This document shows, one piece after another, positions 37,932-46,021 of a stretch of DNA of 64,000 bases (position 1 is its first letter; the number at the start of each line of letters is the position of its first letter). The stretch lies in contig CAWCIE010000012.1 in NCBI GenBank assembly GCA_963795475.1, positions 324,710-388,709 on the forward strand. The letters are read 5' to 3'. Source of the DNA: an uncultured Gammaproteobacteria bacterium (GTDB taxonomy: Bacteria; Pseudomonadota; Gammaproteobacteria; Steroidobacterales; Steroidobacteraceae). The translations under genes and the position numbers were made by a program. The notes beneath the pieces were generated by a model. It was not told where the DNA came from and made no database searches. It saw only the letters and a program-made list of their open reading frames with translations.

Positions 37932-40704
37932 AGCGCCCCGGGTTGAGTTGTGCCAGTGCCGCGAAACTCTTCTGCACCCACTCGTCGTAAGTGCCGTCTT
38001 TGGCGCGCGCGGTATTGACTTCATGCAGTTGGATCGCCTTCTCCTCGAACGGGAAGGCTTGCTCCTCGAGCAACACGTCGTATTGCTCCATCTCGTCCTT
38101 CGACAGCCCCTTCGGGCGCTCCGAGCTCATCAGATCCTTGCCCAGTTGGCGATAAAGCTCGGCGCTCTCGAAAGTAGCCGCCGTGGTCACCTCCGCCACT
38201 TGGTAGTCGGCCGCCTGGGTATAGGCTTTGAGCGCGGTCTCCATGGCCTTGCGCTTCTCCGCCAGGGACTTCTTGAGGGGCGCGACCAGCTTGACCCGCA
38301 TGAATTCATCGCGCGCCGGCCCCGCCAAGGTCAAGGTCGCTTTCGCCGCGAGCGCCTTGCTGCGATCGGTTCGGGCCGCGCCCGCTGCCCGGTCGGCATT
38401 GATGATCTCCTTGAGCCAATAGTCGCGGCCCGTGTAGTCGCCTGACTTCTGAGCGATCACGCTCAATTTGTTGCGCGCCTCCATCGCGGGGTTCAAGGGC
38501 TGCGGGAAATGCTTCACGAAGGCCTCGAGCATGGCGCGCGACTTCGCGGTGTTGCCGGACTTGTCGTACAGCTCGGCGGCCTGCAGCGTCGCTTCTCTTT
38601 GAACCTCGGGAGTTTCGGCCGGCGACTGAGCAATCATCTCGAACTCGACGGCGGCCTGCCCCGGATGGTTCGATTCCGAATAAGCCACGGCGAGTTTGCG
38701 CGTCACCTCTTCCTGCAGCGGGCTTTGCGGGAAATTGCGGCGGAAGTCCTCCAGCACGACGATGGCCCGGTCCCACTGCTTCTGCGTGATGAGGAGCGCT
38801 CCCGCGTCGAAATCCGCATTGGCGCGCACCTTCGAGGTTGGCGCCAGTTTCGAGACTCTGAGGAAATCGTCCACCGCGCCTGCGCTGTCGCCCGCCTTGT
38901 TCTTCTGCTCGCCCTGCTTGTAGATCGAGGCGGCTAGCCGCTCGACGATGGCCGGCCGTTCAGGGTCGTTCGCCGCCATCAGAGCCTGAGCGCTCGCATA
39001 GCCCGCTTCGGCCTTGTCGAATTGGCCCTGCTCGAAGTTCGAATTGGCGATCACCGTATAGGCGATGCGCTGCTTGCCCGCGTCGACCGGAGGCTGACGC
39101 GCCAGAAGGCTCTGCGCAGCGGCGGTGGCGCGCGCGTAATCCTTGGCGGCATAGAGATCGGAGGCCGCGCGCGTCAATACCTGAGGCACCTCCGGGTGCG
39201 TCGGGAAGGCTTGCGCGAACTTCAAGGAGCTGTCGACTTCCTTGGCGTGAATCTTCGCCTTGGTATCGCCCGAGGAGGTCTCCTCCTCCTTGCCGTACGA
39301 CACCAGCGCCGCGTAGCCCGCTTCCGCGGCCTTGTCGTTCGTTCCGTAGGAATAGGCGGTGTTCTCGTACTGCTGCGCAGCCTCGAGATATTGCTTGCTC
39401 TCGTACAGGGTGCTCGCGAGGAGGAAATTGGTGACTGCCGATTCGGGATCGTCCGGGAACGAGGTCAGGTAGCTGCGGTACCACTTTGCCGCTTCCTGGT
39501 AGTCCGCCACGTTCTTGGTGCGCTGCGCCTCCGCGTGATAGTACTGGGCCACGTCCTTCAGATTGGTCTTGAGCTCGGCGACGACTTTCGGCTCCCCCCT
39601 CGGAGTCCTGCCCTGCCAGAACGGCGTCCCGTAGCTGTAATTCTCGACGAACTCCTTTTTCCCCTGCAGCACGAGATCGGGGAATCCGCCCTTGGAGTAA
39701 GCCTCGATGGCCTGCATCTCGAGAAGCGGGGCTTTCTCGTTGTTGCGGTCCTGGGATACGAAAGCGCGGTAGCTGTCCGCAGCATCCGTGTAGCGTTCCT
39801 TCTCGACGTACAGGTCGCCGAGCCGCGCGTACAACAGGTAGTAGTACGGCCGGGGCCTCCTGTGCTTCACGAACTCATCGATGGACTTCGATCCGTCCAG
39901 ATACGAGAACGTGATGGACATGACGCGGAAGGTGTCCTCGACCAGCTCCCGGTTCGGTTTACTCAGGCTGTCGAGCTCCACCAGCGCTTTCGGATCGCTC
40001 TTCGATACCAGTACCGAATCGAGGACGCCGGAGAAAGACTCGAGGCTCCGCTCGCTTTCGCCCTGCTTGAAAAGCGACCAGCCGTGCTTGTAGAGACTTT
40101 GGTTGTAGAAGCCCGACACGGAGCCGAACTTGATGACCGCTTCGTAGGCGCTTTGGGCCGCTGCATAGGACTTGTTCGAGAACAGTATCTCGCCGCGGCG
40201 GAACTGCGCCTCGTCGATGTAATGGCTCTTCGGATAGCTCGCGACCAGCTTGTCGAGCGTCTCGAGGGCCTTGTCGGGCTGCGCGTTGAGCTCGTAGGCG
40301 CGCGCCAGCTGGTACAGCACCGAGTCGTTGCGCTCGTATTTGGGGTAGGTCTTCAGCAACGCCGAGTAGAGATGAATCGCCTCCGTCGCCCTGAGGCCCT
40401 CGTTGGTCGCCAGTTCGTGCTCGATTCGCTCCGATTCCGAGCTTTCGAGATTCAGATCGCCCAATCGGCGCATGGCCTCCTCGCGCAAGGCGGCGTCTCC
40501 GGCGTTCAGATCGAGAAAACGCTTGTAGCTCTGCATGGTCTTGGTGTTGTCCACCCCCTTGGGCGGATCGGGACTCACGTCGATCTGCTGGCTGTCGAGA
40601 TCCTTGATGGTCTGCGGCTTTTTCTGGGAATCCGCATGAGCCGGCGCGAACGCGGCGCACCATACCGTACCGAAGAGGATCGCGGCTGAGAATCGCAGGC
40701 TCAT
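37885..40704 (-). CDS. Large (939-aa) periplasmic TPR-repeat protein
   Basis: Track ORF 37885..41115, trimmed to MSLRFSAAILFGTVWCAAFAPAHA (a signal peptide). Its ATG overlaps the upstream stop (ATGA at 40701-40704). TPR-like helical repeats run throughout. Confidence 0.8.
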   Translation of the reverse strand: MSLRFSAAILFGTVWCAAFAPAHADSQKKPQTIKDLDSQQIDVSPDPPKGVDNTKTMQSYKRFLDLNAGDAALREEAMRRLGDLNLESSESERIEHELATNEGLRATEAIHLYSALLKTYPKYERNDSVLYQLARAYELNAQPDKALETLDKLVASYPKSHYIDEAQFRRGEILFSNKSYAAAQSAYEAVIKFGSVSGFYNQSLYKHGWSLFKQGESERSLESFSGVLDSVLVSKSDPKALVELDSLSKPNRELVEDTFRVMSITFSYLDGSKSIDEFVKHRRPRPYYYLLYARLGDLYVEKERYTDAADSYRAFVSQDRNNEKAPLLEMQAIEAYSKGGFPDLVLQGKKEFVENYSYGTPFWQGRTPRGEPKVVAELKTNLKDVAQYYHAEAQRTKNVADYQEAAKWYRSYLTSFPDDPESAVTNFLLASTLYESKQYLEAAQQYENTAYSYGTNDKAAEAGYAALVSYGKEEETSSGDTKAKIHAKEVDSSLKFAQAFPTHPEVPQVLTRAASDLYAAKDYARATAAAQSLLARQPPVDAGKQRIAYTVIANSNFEQGQFDKAEAGYASAQALMAANDPERPAIVERLAASIYKQGEQKNKAGDSAGAVDDFLRVSKLAPTSKVRANADFDAGALLITQKQWDRAIVVLEDFRRNFPQSPLQEEVTRKLAVAYSESNHPGQAAVEFEMIAQSPAETPEVQREATLQAAELYDKSGNTAKSRAMLEAFVKHFPQPLNPAMEARNKLSVIAQKSGDYTGRDYWLKEIINADRAAGAARTDRSKALAAKATLTLAGPARDEFMRVKLVAPLKKSLAEKRKAMETALKAYTQAADYQVAEVTTAATFESAELYRQLGKDLMSSERPKGLSKDEMEQYDVLLEEQAFPFEEKAIQLHEVNTARAKDGTYDEWVQKSFAALAQLNPGRYAKVEISEQQVDSIR

Positions 40705-42680
40705 GGGTGGGCCTTGGACGGGTCGCTCGGCGGGTTCCCGGTGCCGCCGGGGTTCCCGGTGCCGGGTTTCCCGTTGCCGGACTTCTCGTTGCCGGGCTTC
40801 TCGCTCGGGTTCGCGGTCTTGTCGTAGATGGCCGCCAGCTCGAAGCGCGCCTGAACTTGATAGGTCTCGATACGCTGCTTCTGGCGCCCGAGCTCCTCGA
40901 TCGCGATGTCCTCGAGATAGCGGCTCTGCTTGTCGGTCAGCGCGGTCAACCGCCCCTGCAGCCCGTCCATCCGCGCGCGCATCGCGCCGACCCGGTTCGC
41001 GAAGGCGCCGGTATTCGCGGGCATGCCGCTGCGCGCCTGTCTCACCAGGACCGCGCGCTTTTGCGTCTCGATCAGCGAGGCCTCCAGCTCCTTCACCGAT
41101 CGGCGCTCGTTCCATAGCCTCGCCCGGAAGCTCTCCGAAAGCCGCCAGTACATGACCCCTTTCATGAGACGCAGCTTCTCGCGCATCTCGGCAAGATCGG
41201 GATCGTCGGGATGCATGGCGAGATAGTCCTCGATGCGCTTGAGCCGGGCCCAGGTGCGCTGTTCCTCGGGCGTGCCGAGCGCCGCCACGTCGTTGGACTT
41301 TTCGATGGCATTGAGCCTCGATTCGAAATCGACCCGCTTCTGCGTCAGTGCGTCGAGATCCGTCGCCGCCATCACCGCGTCGGCTTTGGGAACCTCTTCG
41401 TTATAGGCGCGCTGCCGCGTATCGAGCATGCTGTCGTAGGCACCCAGCACCTCGCGCCAGTCGTCGAGGTTCTTGCTCATGAACTTGAGCTCGCGGTAAT
41501 TCTTCAATCCTTCCTGGAACTCGTTGGTGGCGAGCAGGTGATACAGGTACCGTGACTCCGGCGCGTCGGGCAGCGTTTTCAGCTGCCAATACCACGTCAG
41601 CGTGTCCTTCTTGTCGTCGTTCAGCAGCCGGTCGAGCAGATCGCCGCTCCTGATCTCCCCGATGGACTCGTCGATGCGCCTTTGTTCGGCGTCGAAGGAG
41701 TCGATGGCGGAGCTGTAATATTCGGCCGCCTGTCCGCGCGCGCCCAGCTGGTTGTAGGCATACGGCACCGTGAGATATGCCTCTTGCACGGCCGAGTCGA
41801 GGAGATCGCGCTTTCTGAGCGCCGTCCAGGGTACCAACGCCTTCTTGAACTCTCCGAGCGAGGAATCCGCCCAGCCGTCGCCGAGCAGCGCCATGCTCGA
41901 GAAAGGCCCCTCCAGACGCACGCGCTCCAGGATCGGCCTCGCGTCCGCGGGACGCTGCGCCTGCAGATAGGCGAATCCCAGCGCGAGATTCGCCTTGTCC
42001 TTGAGCGACAGCAGCTCCTCGTCGCGGGTCTCCATCCTGCCCACGTGATCCAGATAGCCGACCGCCTCGGGAAGCCGCCCCTTGCGAACCAGAGCCACGC
42101 CCAGGTTGAATTGCGCGTACGCGGTCCAGTCGGGCGCTCCGTGCCACGCGGAGAGGGCCGCGATCGCGTCGTCATAGCGGCCCTGGCGGAGCATCAGCTG
42201 CGCGAGCAGCATGTATCGCTCGGCGCTGATGCGCGGCTGAATCTTGTCCGAGACCTGTCTCAACGCGCGCTCGGACTCCTGCAGGTAACCGCGCTGGTAC
42301 CACACCTTGCCCAGATAGAACCACGCCTTGTTGCGCACGGCCTCGGAGACCTTGCCCGCGAGCAGCGCCTCGAAAATCTTGCCGGCCTCGACGTGTTCAC
42401 CCAGCGATAGATACAGCCCGCCCAGCAACAGTTCGGCCTCGCCTTCGGTATGAGGGAGCCGCTCGAGCTGCTGCGCGGCGAGGAGCCGGGTGATCGAGTC
42501 GAAGTAGTCGTCCTGATAGAAGTAGAACAGCACGTCGCCGTAATGCAGATCCCGGACGTCGTGGGGCGGCAGCCCGTCGGGATCGGGCTTGACGTTCTTC
42601 GCGGCAGCCGGCAGCAGCGCGAGCGCCGAGAGGAGTCCCGCGAAGACGATCGGGCGCAGCTTGACTCTTAGACCCCGCAC
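40701..42680 (-). CDS. Secreted TPR plus long coiled-coil protein (659 aa) with a Gly/Pro/Asn-rich tail
   Basis: GTG start. The signal peptide is MRGLRVKLRPIVFAGLLSALALLPAAA. The N-terminal half is TPR. The C-terminal ~250 aa are heptad-like (…LEASLIETQKRAVLVRQ...RLTALTDKQSRYLEDIAIEELGRQKQRIETYQVQARFELA). The tail is KPGNEKSGNGKPGTGNPGGTGNPP. Confidence 0.75.
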   Translation of the reverse strand: MRGLRVKLRPIVFAGLLSALALLPAAAKNVKPDPDGLPPHDVRDLHYGDVLFYFYQDDYFDSITRLLAAQQLERLPHTEGEAELLLGGLYLSLGEHVEAGKIFEALLAGKVSEAVRNKAWFYLGKVWYQRGYLQESERALRQVSDKIQPRISAERYMLLAQLMLRQGRYDDAIAALSAWHGAPDWTAYAQFNLGVALVRKGRLPEAVGYLDHVGRMETRDEELLSLKDKANLALGFAYLQAQRPADARPILERVRLEGPFSSMALLGDGWADSSLGEFKKALVPWTALRKRDLLDSAVQEAYLTVPYAYNQLGARGQAAEYYSSAIDSFDAEQRRIDESIGEIRSGDLLDRLLNDDKKDTLTWYWQLKTLPDAPESRYLYHLLATNEFQEGLKNYRELKFMSKNLDDWREVLGAYDSMLDTRQRAYNEEVPKADAVMAATDLDALTQKRVDFESRLNAIEKSNDVAALGTPEEQRTWARLKRIEDYLAMHPDDPDLAEMREKLRLMKGVMYWRLSESFRARLWNERRSVKELEASLIETQKRAVLVRQARSGMPANTGAFANRVGAMRARMDGLQGRLTALTDKQSRYLEDIAIEELGRQKQRIETYQVQARFELAAIYDKTANPSEKPGNEKSGNGKPGTGNPGGTGNPPSDPSKAHP

Positions 42681-42681
42681 G

Positions 42682-43359
42682 TCACTCCCAGTCTTTTATG
42701 AGGAACTCTGGTTGATGCTTGACGACCTTGTCGGTGATCTTGAGCTCGAGATACTTGGCGCCCACGCCCTTGTCGAAATTGACGGTGGCGCCCCGCCGGT
42801 AGTCGCGCTCCACGGGGCCCTTGCCCGTGAAGAACGCGACGAGCTCGTGCTTGCCGACTTTGAGGTTGCCGAGATACAGCTGCTGCACGCCGCCTTTCAG
42901 CAGGGCATCGGCCTCGCGCGCGGTGTAGAGGTAATTCTTGACCTCTTTGTTGTCGATCTTGAGGGTGACAGAGTCCAGGGCGAAGAAGGTGCCCACGTCC
43001 ATCGACACGTAAACGGCAACCTGGGTATTTGCCGGGAACAGCAGTTCCTCCTCGAGAACGAACAGGTCCTTGTTGAGATCGATCACGTCCTTCTTCATAC
43101 CCTGCACTTCTTGATCCAGGGTCTTGAAGTCCGAAGCCGAGCCGTCGGCGGGGGTGCCCGGCGCGCCGGCTGCGCCTGCATCGGCGGGGGCGCTTGCGCC
43201 GGCCGAGGCGGCCGGCTGGGCCGGTGCTGCCGCGGATGCAGGGGCTGCGGACGGCGCCGTATCGGCGGAGGCGGCCAGTGCCGATCCGGCGGCATATGCC
43301 CCCCCCGCCAGGAGCAACGCGCAGGCGATGATCGACCCAACTCTAGACTTGAGATTCAT
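42682..43359 (-). CDS. Secreted 225-aa protein of unknown function (Ala/Pro linker plus beta-rich domain)
   Basis: Track ORF trimmed to MNLKSRVGSIIACALLLAGGAYAAGSA (a signal peptide). The domain reads ...VAVYVSMDVGTFFALDSVTLKIDNKEVKNYLYTAREADALLKGGVQQLYLGNLKVGKHELVAFFTGKG.... The next start lies 1 nt after its stop. Confidence 0.7.
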   Translation of the reverse strand: MNLKSRVGSIIACALLLAGGAYAAGSALAASADTAPSAAPASAAAPAQPAASAGASAPADAGAAGAPGTPADGSASDFKTLDQEVQGMKKDVIDLNKDLFVLEEELLFPANTQVAVYVSMDVGTFFALDSVTLKIDNKEVKNYLYTAREADALLKGGVQQLYLGNLKVGKHELVAFFTGKGPVERDYRRGATVNFDKGVGAKYLELKITDKVVKHQPEFLIKDWE

Positions 43360-43373
43360 ATCGGACCTATCGG

Positions 43374-43880
43374 TTACTCGCGAAGCAGCTCGCGTATTTG
43401 TTCGAGGTACATGCGATCGTCGCCGCGCTTGAACCCGACGTGGGAGAAGCGCACCACCCCCGAGCGATCGACCAGAACCGTCATGGGCATTTTCGCCAAT
43501 TGATAATCCCGCCCGATCTCCGAACCCGTATCGAACATGACGGGGTAGGAGACCTTCATCGAGTCGGCGAACTCCTGTGCGCGGCGCAAGTCCTCGTCGA
43601 TGGAAACGCCGAGCACCACCAGGCCGGCGCGCTCGTACGTCGTGTTGATCTTGTCGAGAGCCCGCATTTCGCGGTGGGTGTCGCCCGCCCAGCGCGCCCA
43701 GAAATTCACCAGCACCACCTGGCCGCGAAACTCCGACAGTCGAAGATTGGTGCCGTCGTTCGCCTTCAATACGAAGTCGGGCGCTTCCTTGCCGACCAGG
43801 GACTGCGGCTCCGCGGCGGACGCCGGCAGGTTCCACGAGACGGCGAGCATCGCGCCGCAAAGAATCAGTATGCTACGCAT
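43374..43880 (-). CDS. TlpA-like thioredoxin-fold protein with a signal peptide and the CxxC motif lost
   Basis: The signal peptide is MRSILILCGAMLAVSWNLPASA. The protein is collinear with TlpA/ResA (...APDFVLKANDGTNLRLSEFRGQVVLVNFWARWAGDTHREM...). It reads W-A-G-D-T where the paralog at 54407..54910 has W-C-G-P-C. Confidence 0.8.
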   Translation of the reverse strand: MRSILILCGAMLAVSWNLPASAAEPQSLVGKEAPDFVLKANDGTNLRLSEFRGQVVLVNFWARWAGDTHREMRALDKINTTYERAGLVVLGVSIDEDLRRAQEFADSMKVSYPVMFDTGSEIGRDYQLAKMPMTVLVDRSGVVRFSHVGFKRGDDRMYLEQIRELLRE

Positions 43881-44266
43881 GCAGCCATGCCTTCACCGCA
43901 CCGCTCGCGGGCGAGTCATATGGAAGCCGCTGCCACGACACGGTCGCGAATCAATCACGCTGGTAACCCCGCTGTCCAGGTTCATGTCCTGGGCTCGAAT
44001 TCCCGGGACTGGACCGGAAGCTTTGCGCCCTCGTCTTGCAACGAGTTTGCCCTGATCAGACCTTATGCAAAATCGCACACTGCACGCCGGAGTGTCAACG
44101 CGCGGGGCTTTGCTTTGCGGAGTAATCAGTATGACTTGGCGCACATTCGTGGAAATTTTCCGCCATACGCAATGGCGATCGCATGGGAGAGTCGGAGCTT
44201 CGCGCCGCGTAACGCGTCGCCGCTGTCTCCGCCTTGAGACAGTGTTCGCGCGCCGAAGCGCCGGAG

Positions 44267-44295
44267 CTCCGTTCCGGCGCGAAGCCGGAACGGAG
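44267..44295 (-). terminator. 12-bp stem-loop directly after the DUF1501-like gene (no U-tract)
   Basis: CTCCGTTCCGGC-GCGAA-GCCGGAACGGAG begins 17 nt downstream of the inferred stop at 44312. It is followed by a ~390-nt region that looks non-coding. Confidence 0.35.
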
Positions 44296-44311
44296 GTGCG
44301 CAGACCGAGCG

Positions 44312-45977
44312 TCAGCCGGGTACTTTGCCGTTCACCAGGCTCGCGAGCGGGTTGTACATGATGAGCGGATCGAGAACGCGTCGCGCCGGACCCGAGGGTA
44401 TTGTTGGTCGGCGTGTTCGGCCAAAGGTTGGGCCACAAGGAAACAGCCGACGTGCCGTGCAGTGCCATGTAATTGAGCACGACCATCTGCACCAGATTCG
44501 GCACGTTGTTGCCGGCCGGGCTCGAGGTCGTGTTCTGCGAGCCGTCCGGATTGAAGTACCCGAGCTGCAGGCTCATCTCGGGATTGGTTTGTGCGGGCGT
44601 CGGCTTCGCCTTGGGGTCGTAAACCAGGAAGTAGGTGGCCGCGACGTTCTGATTGTCGGCGGTCCACACGCCTTTGCCGCGTCCGCCGACGGAACTGTCG
44701 ATGGTGCCGTCGCTCGCGAGCGAGCCGTCGCTGAATATGTAGATCATCACGGGTTTGCCCTGGATGGCCGCGTACTGAAGCACGGCGCCGATACACTGGC
44801 CGGCGGAGAAATCGCGGGCCTCGCCGGTCGCGCGCTCGCCCGTGTGGTAATCGAAGCCCCCGAGCTCGATGGTGCCGGCGGCGGCATCGCCGTCGACCAC
44901 GAGCTTCATGACGGCGGCGGTCTTCTGGAAATCGCTGCTCCCTTGATATTCCGCCGTCTGGAAGATGCCGCTCGAGCCGACGATATTCGGATCCAAGTCC
45001 GGATCGACCGCCCCGGGGCTCGGATACCGGTTCAGCAGATAGGCCGCCTTGGTGTAGGCGCAAGTCTGGGCCTGGACCGCGGCGGCCTGCAACGCCGCTC
45101 CGTTCGGAATCGAGCTCGCGTAGGCCGACACGCCGGAGTACTTGGCATCGCTGATCCGCTTCATGGATTCGAGCACGTTGGTCACGTCAGTCGTCTGCGT
45201 CTCCGGGTTCGGCGGATTGGGGAGCAATGTGCTCAATTGACCCGTGCTGACGAGCCCGGAAGTATCGGCGCCGCTGTCGATCGTGCTCGGCTGCGCCGCC
45301 ACGTTGATCATGCCGGGAGGCGACATGGAGTTCCCACCCGAAACCGAGCTGTCGGTGCCGATGAGATCGAGCAGCGCTCCGCGCGCGCCCGCCTGCCAGA
45401 TGCCGTACATCGGATTGTGCGGATTGGTGTTGGTGTCGTTCTGCGAGAGCGCGGGAATGATCGTTCCCGTGACCTTGGCGGCCGCGGCGGCGTTGGTGAA
45501 CTTGGTCTTGATGCCGCGCAGCTGCGCGCTGTCGGAATGGTAGCGCAGCCCGAGGGTCGCGTCGACGAAGCTCGCGGCGCTGCTGTTGGGCACCATGGAG
45601 CCCGGCAACCCCAGCTTGCTGTAACCGGCGACGCTCAGGAAGTCGAGCTGGCCGTTCGGACCGCCGACCAGAACGTTCGAGCCGGCGATATTGGCGCCGC
45701 CCGACAGGTCGAAGCAGATGAAGGGAATCATTCCGGCACCCGCCGTGATGCCGCAGGCGGTGACCGCGGTCTGGATGTCGCCAACCAGCGGCGGCTGCGC
45801 CTGCGCAATCCGCGGATTCGCCATCAGGCTGAACACCGAGGGGAGCAGCACCGAGGCGCCGCCTGTCATGAACCCCTGGGCGAGGAACTCACGGCGCGTC
45901 CTCGGCCTCGGATGATCGGGGTGACGAAGCGGCTCATTGCGGCCGAGGCCCTTGGGGATCTTGCGAATAATGCGCAT
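44312..45977 (-). CDS. Tat-exported protein distantly resembling DUF1501; a frame break near the 3' end is inferred
   Basis: - The N-terminus has a twin-arginine signal: MRIIRK...RPRTRREFLAQGFMTGGASVLLP.
- ...IPFICFDLSGGANIAGSNVLVGG and ...IELGGFDYHTGERATG recall the DUF1501 motifs (GGxD... and GGFDTH).
- Track ORF 43893..45977 turns into Arg-rich nonsense after ...NNTLGSG.
- A neighbouring frame reads (A)RRVLDPLIMYNPLASLVNGKVPG* and ends at 44312. Confidence 0.65.
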
Positions 45978-46021
45978 AGTTGAAAACCTCTACGATTCCT
46001 TGGACTTGACTCGGTCGGTAC

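Noticed and set aside
40705-41115. N-terminal 137-codon extension of the 1076-aa TPR ORF
   Set aside because: It overlaps the upstream gene, is Arg/Glu-rich and has no signal peptide. The internal ATG at 40704 gives a clean signal peptide and an ATGA junction.
43893-44311. C-terminal ~140 codons of track ORF 43893..45977
   Set aside because: The sequence turns into Arg-rich nonsense in a lower-GC stretch. A neighbouring frame gives a plausible C-terminus ending at 44312, followed by a stem-loop. I treat this as intergenic or promoter DNA for the motor cluster.
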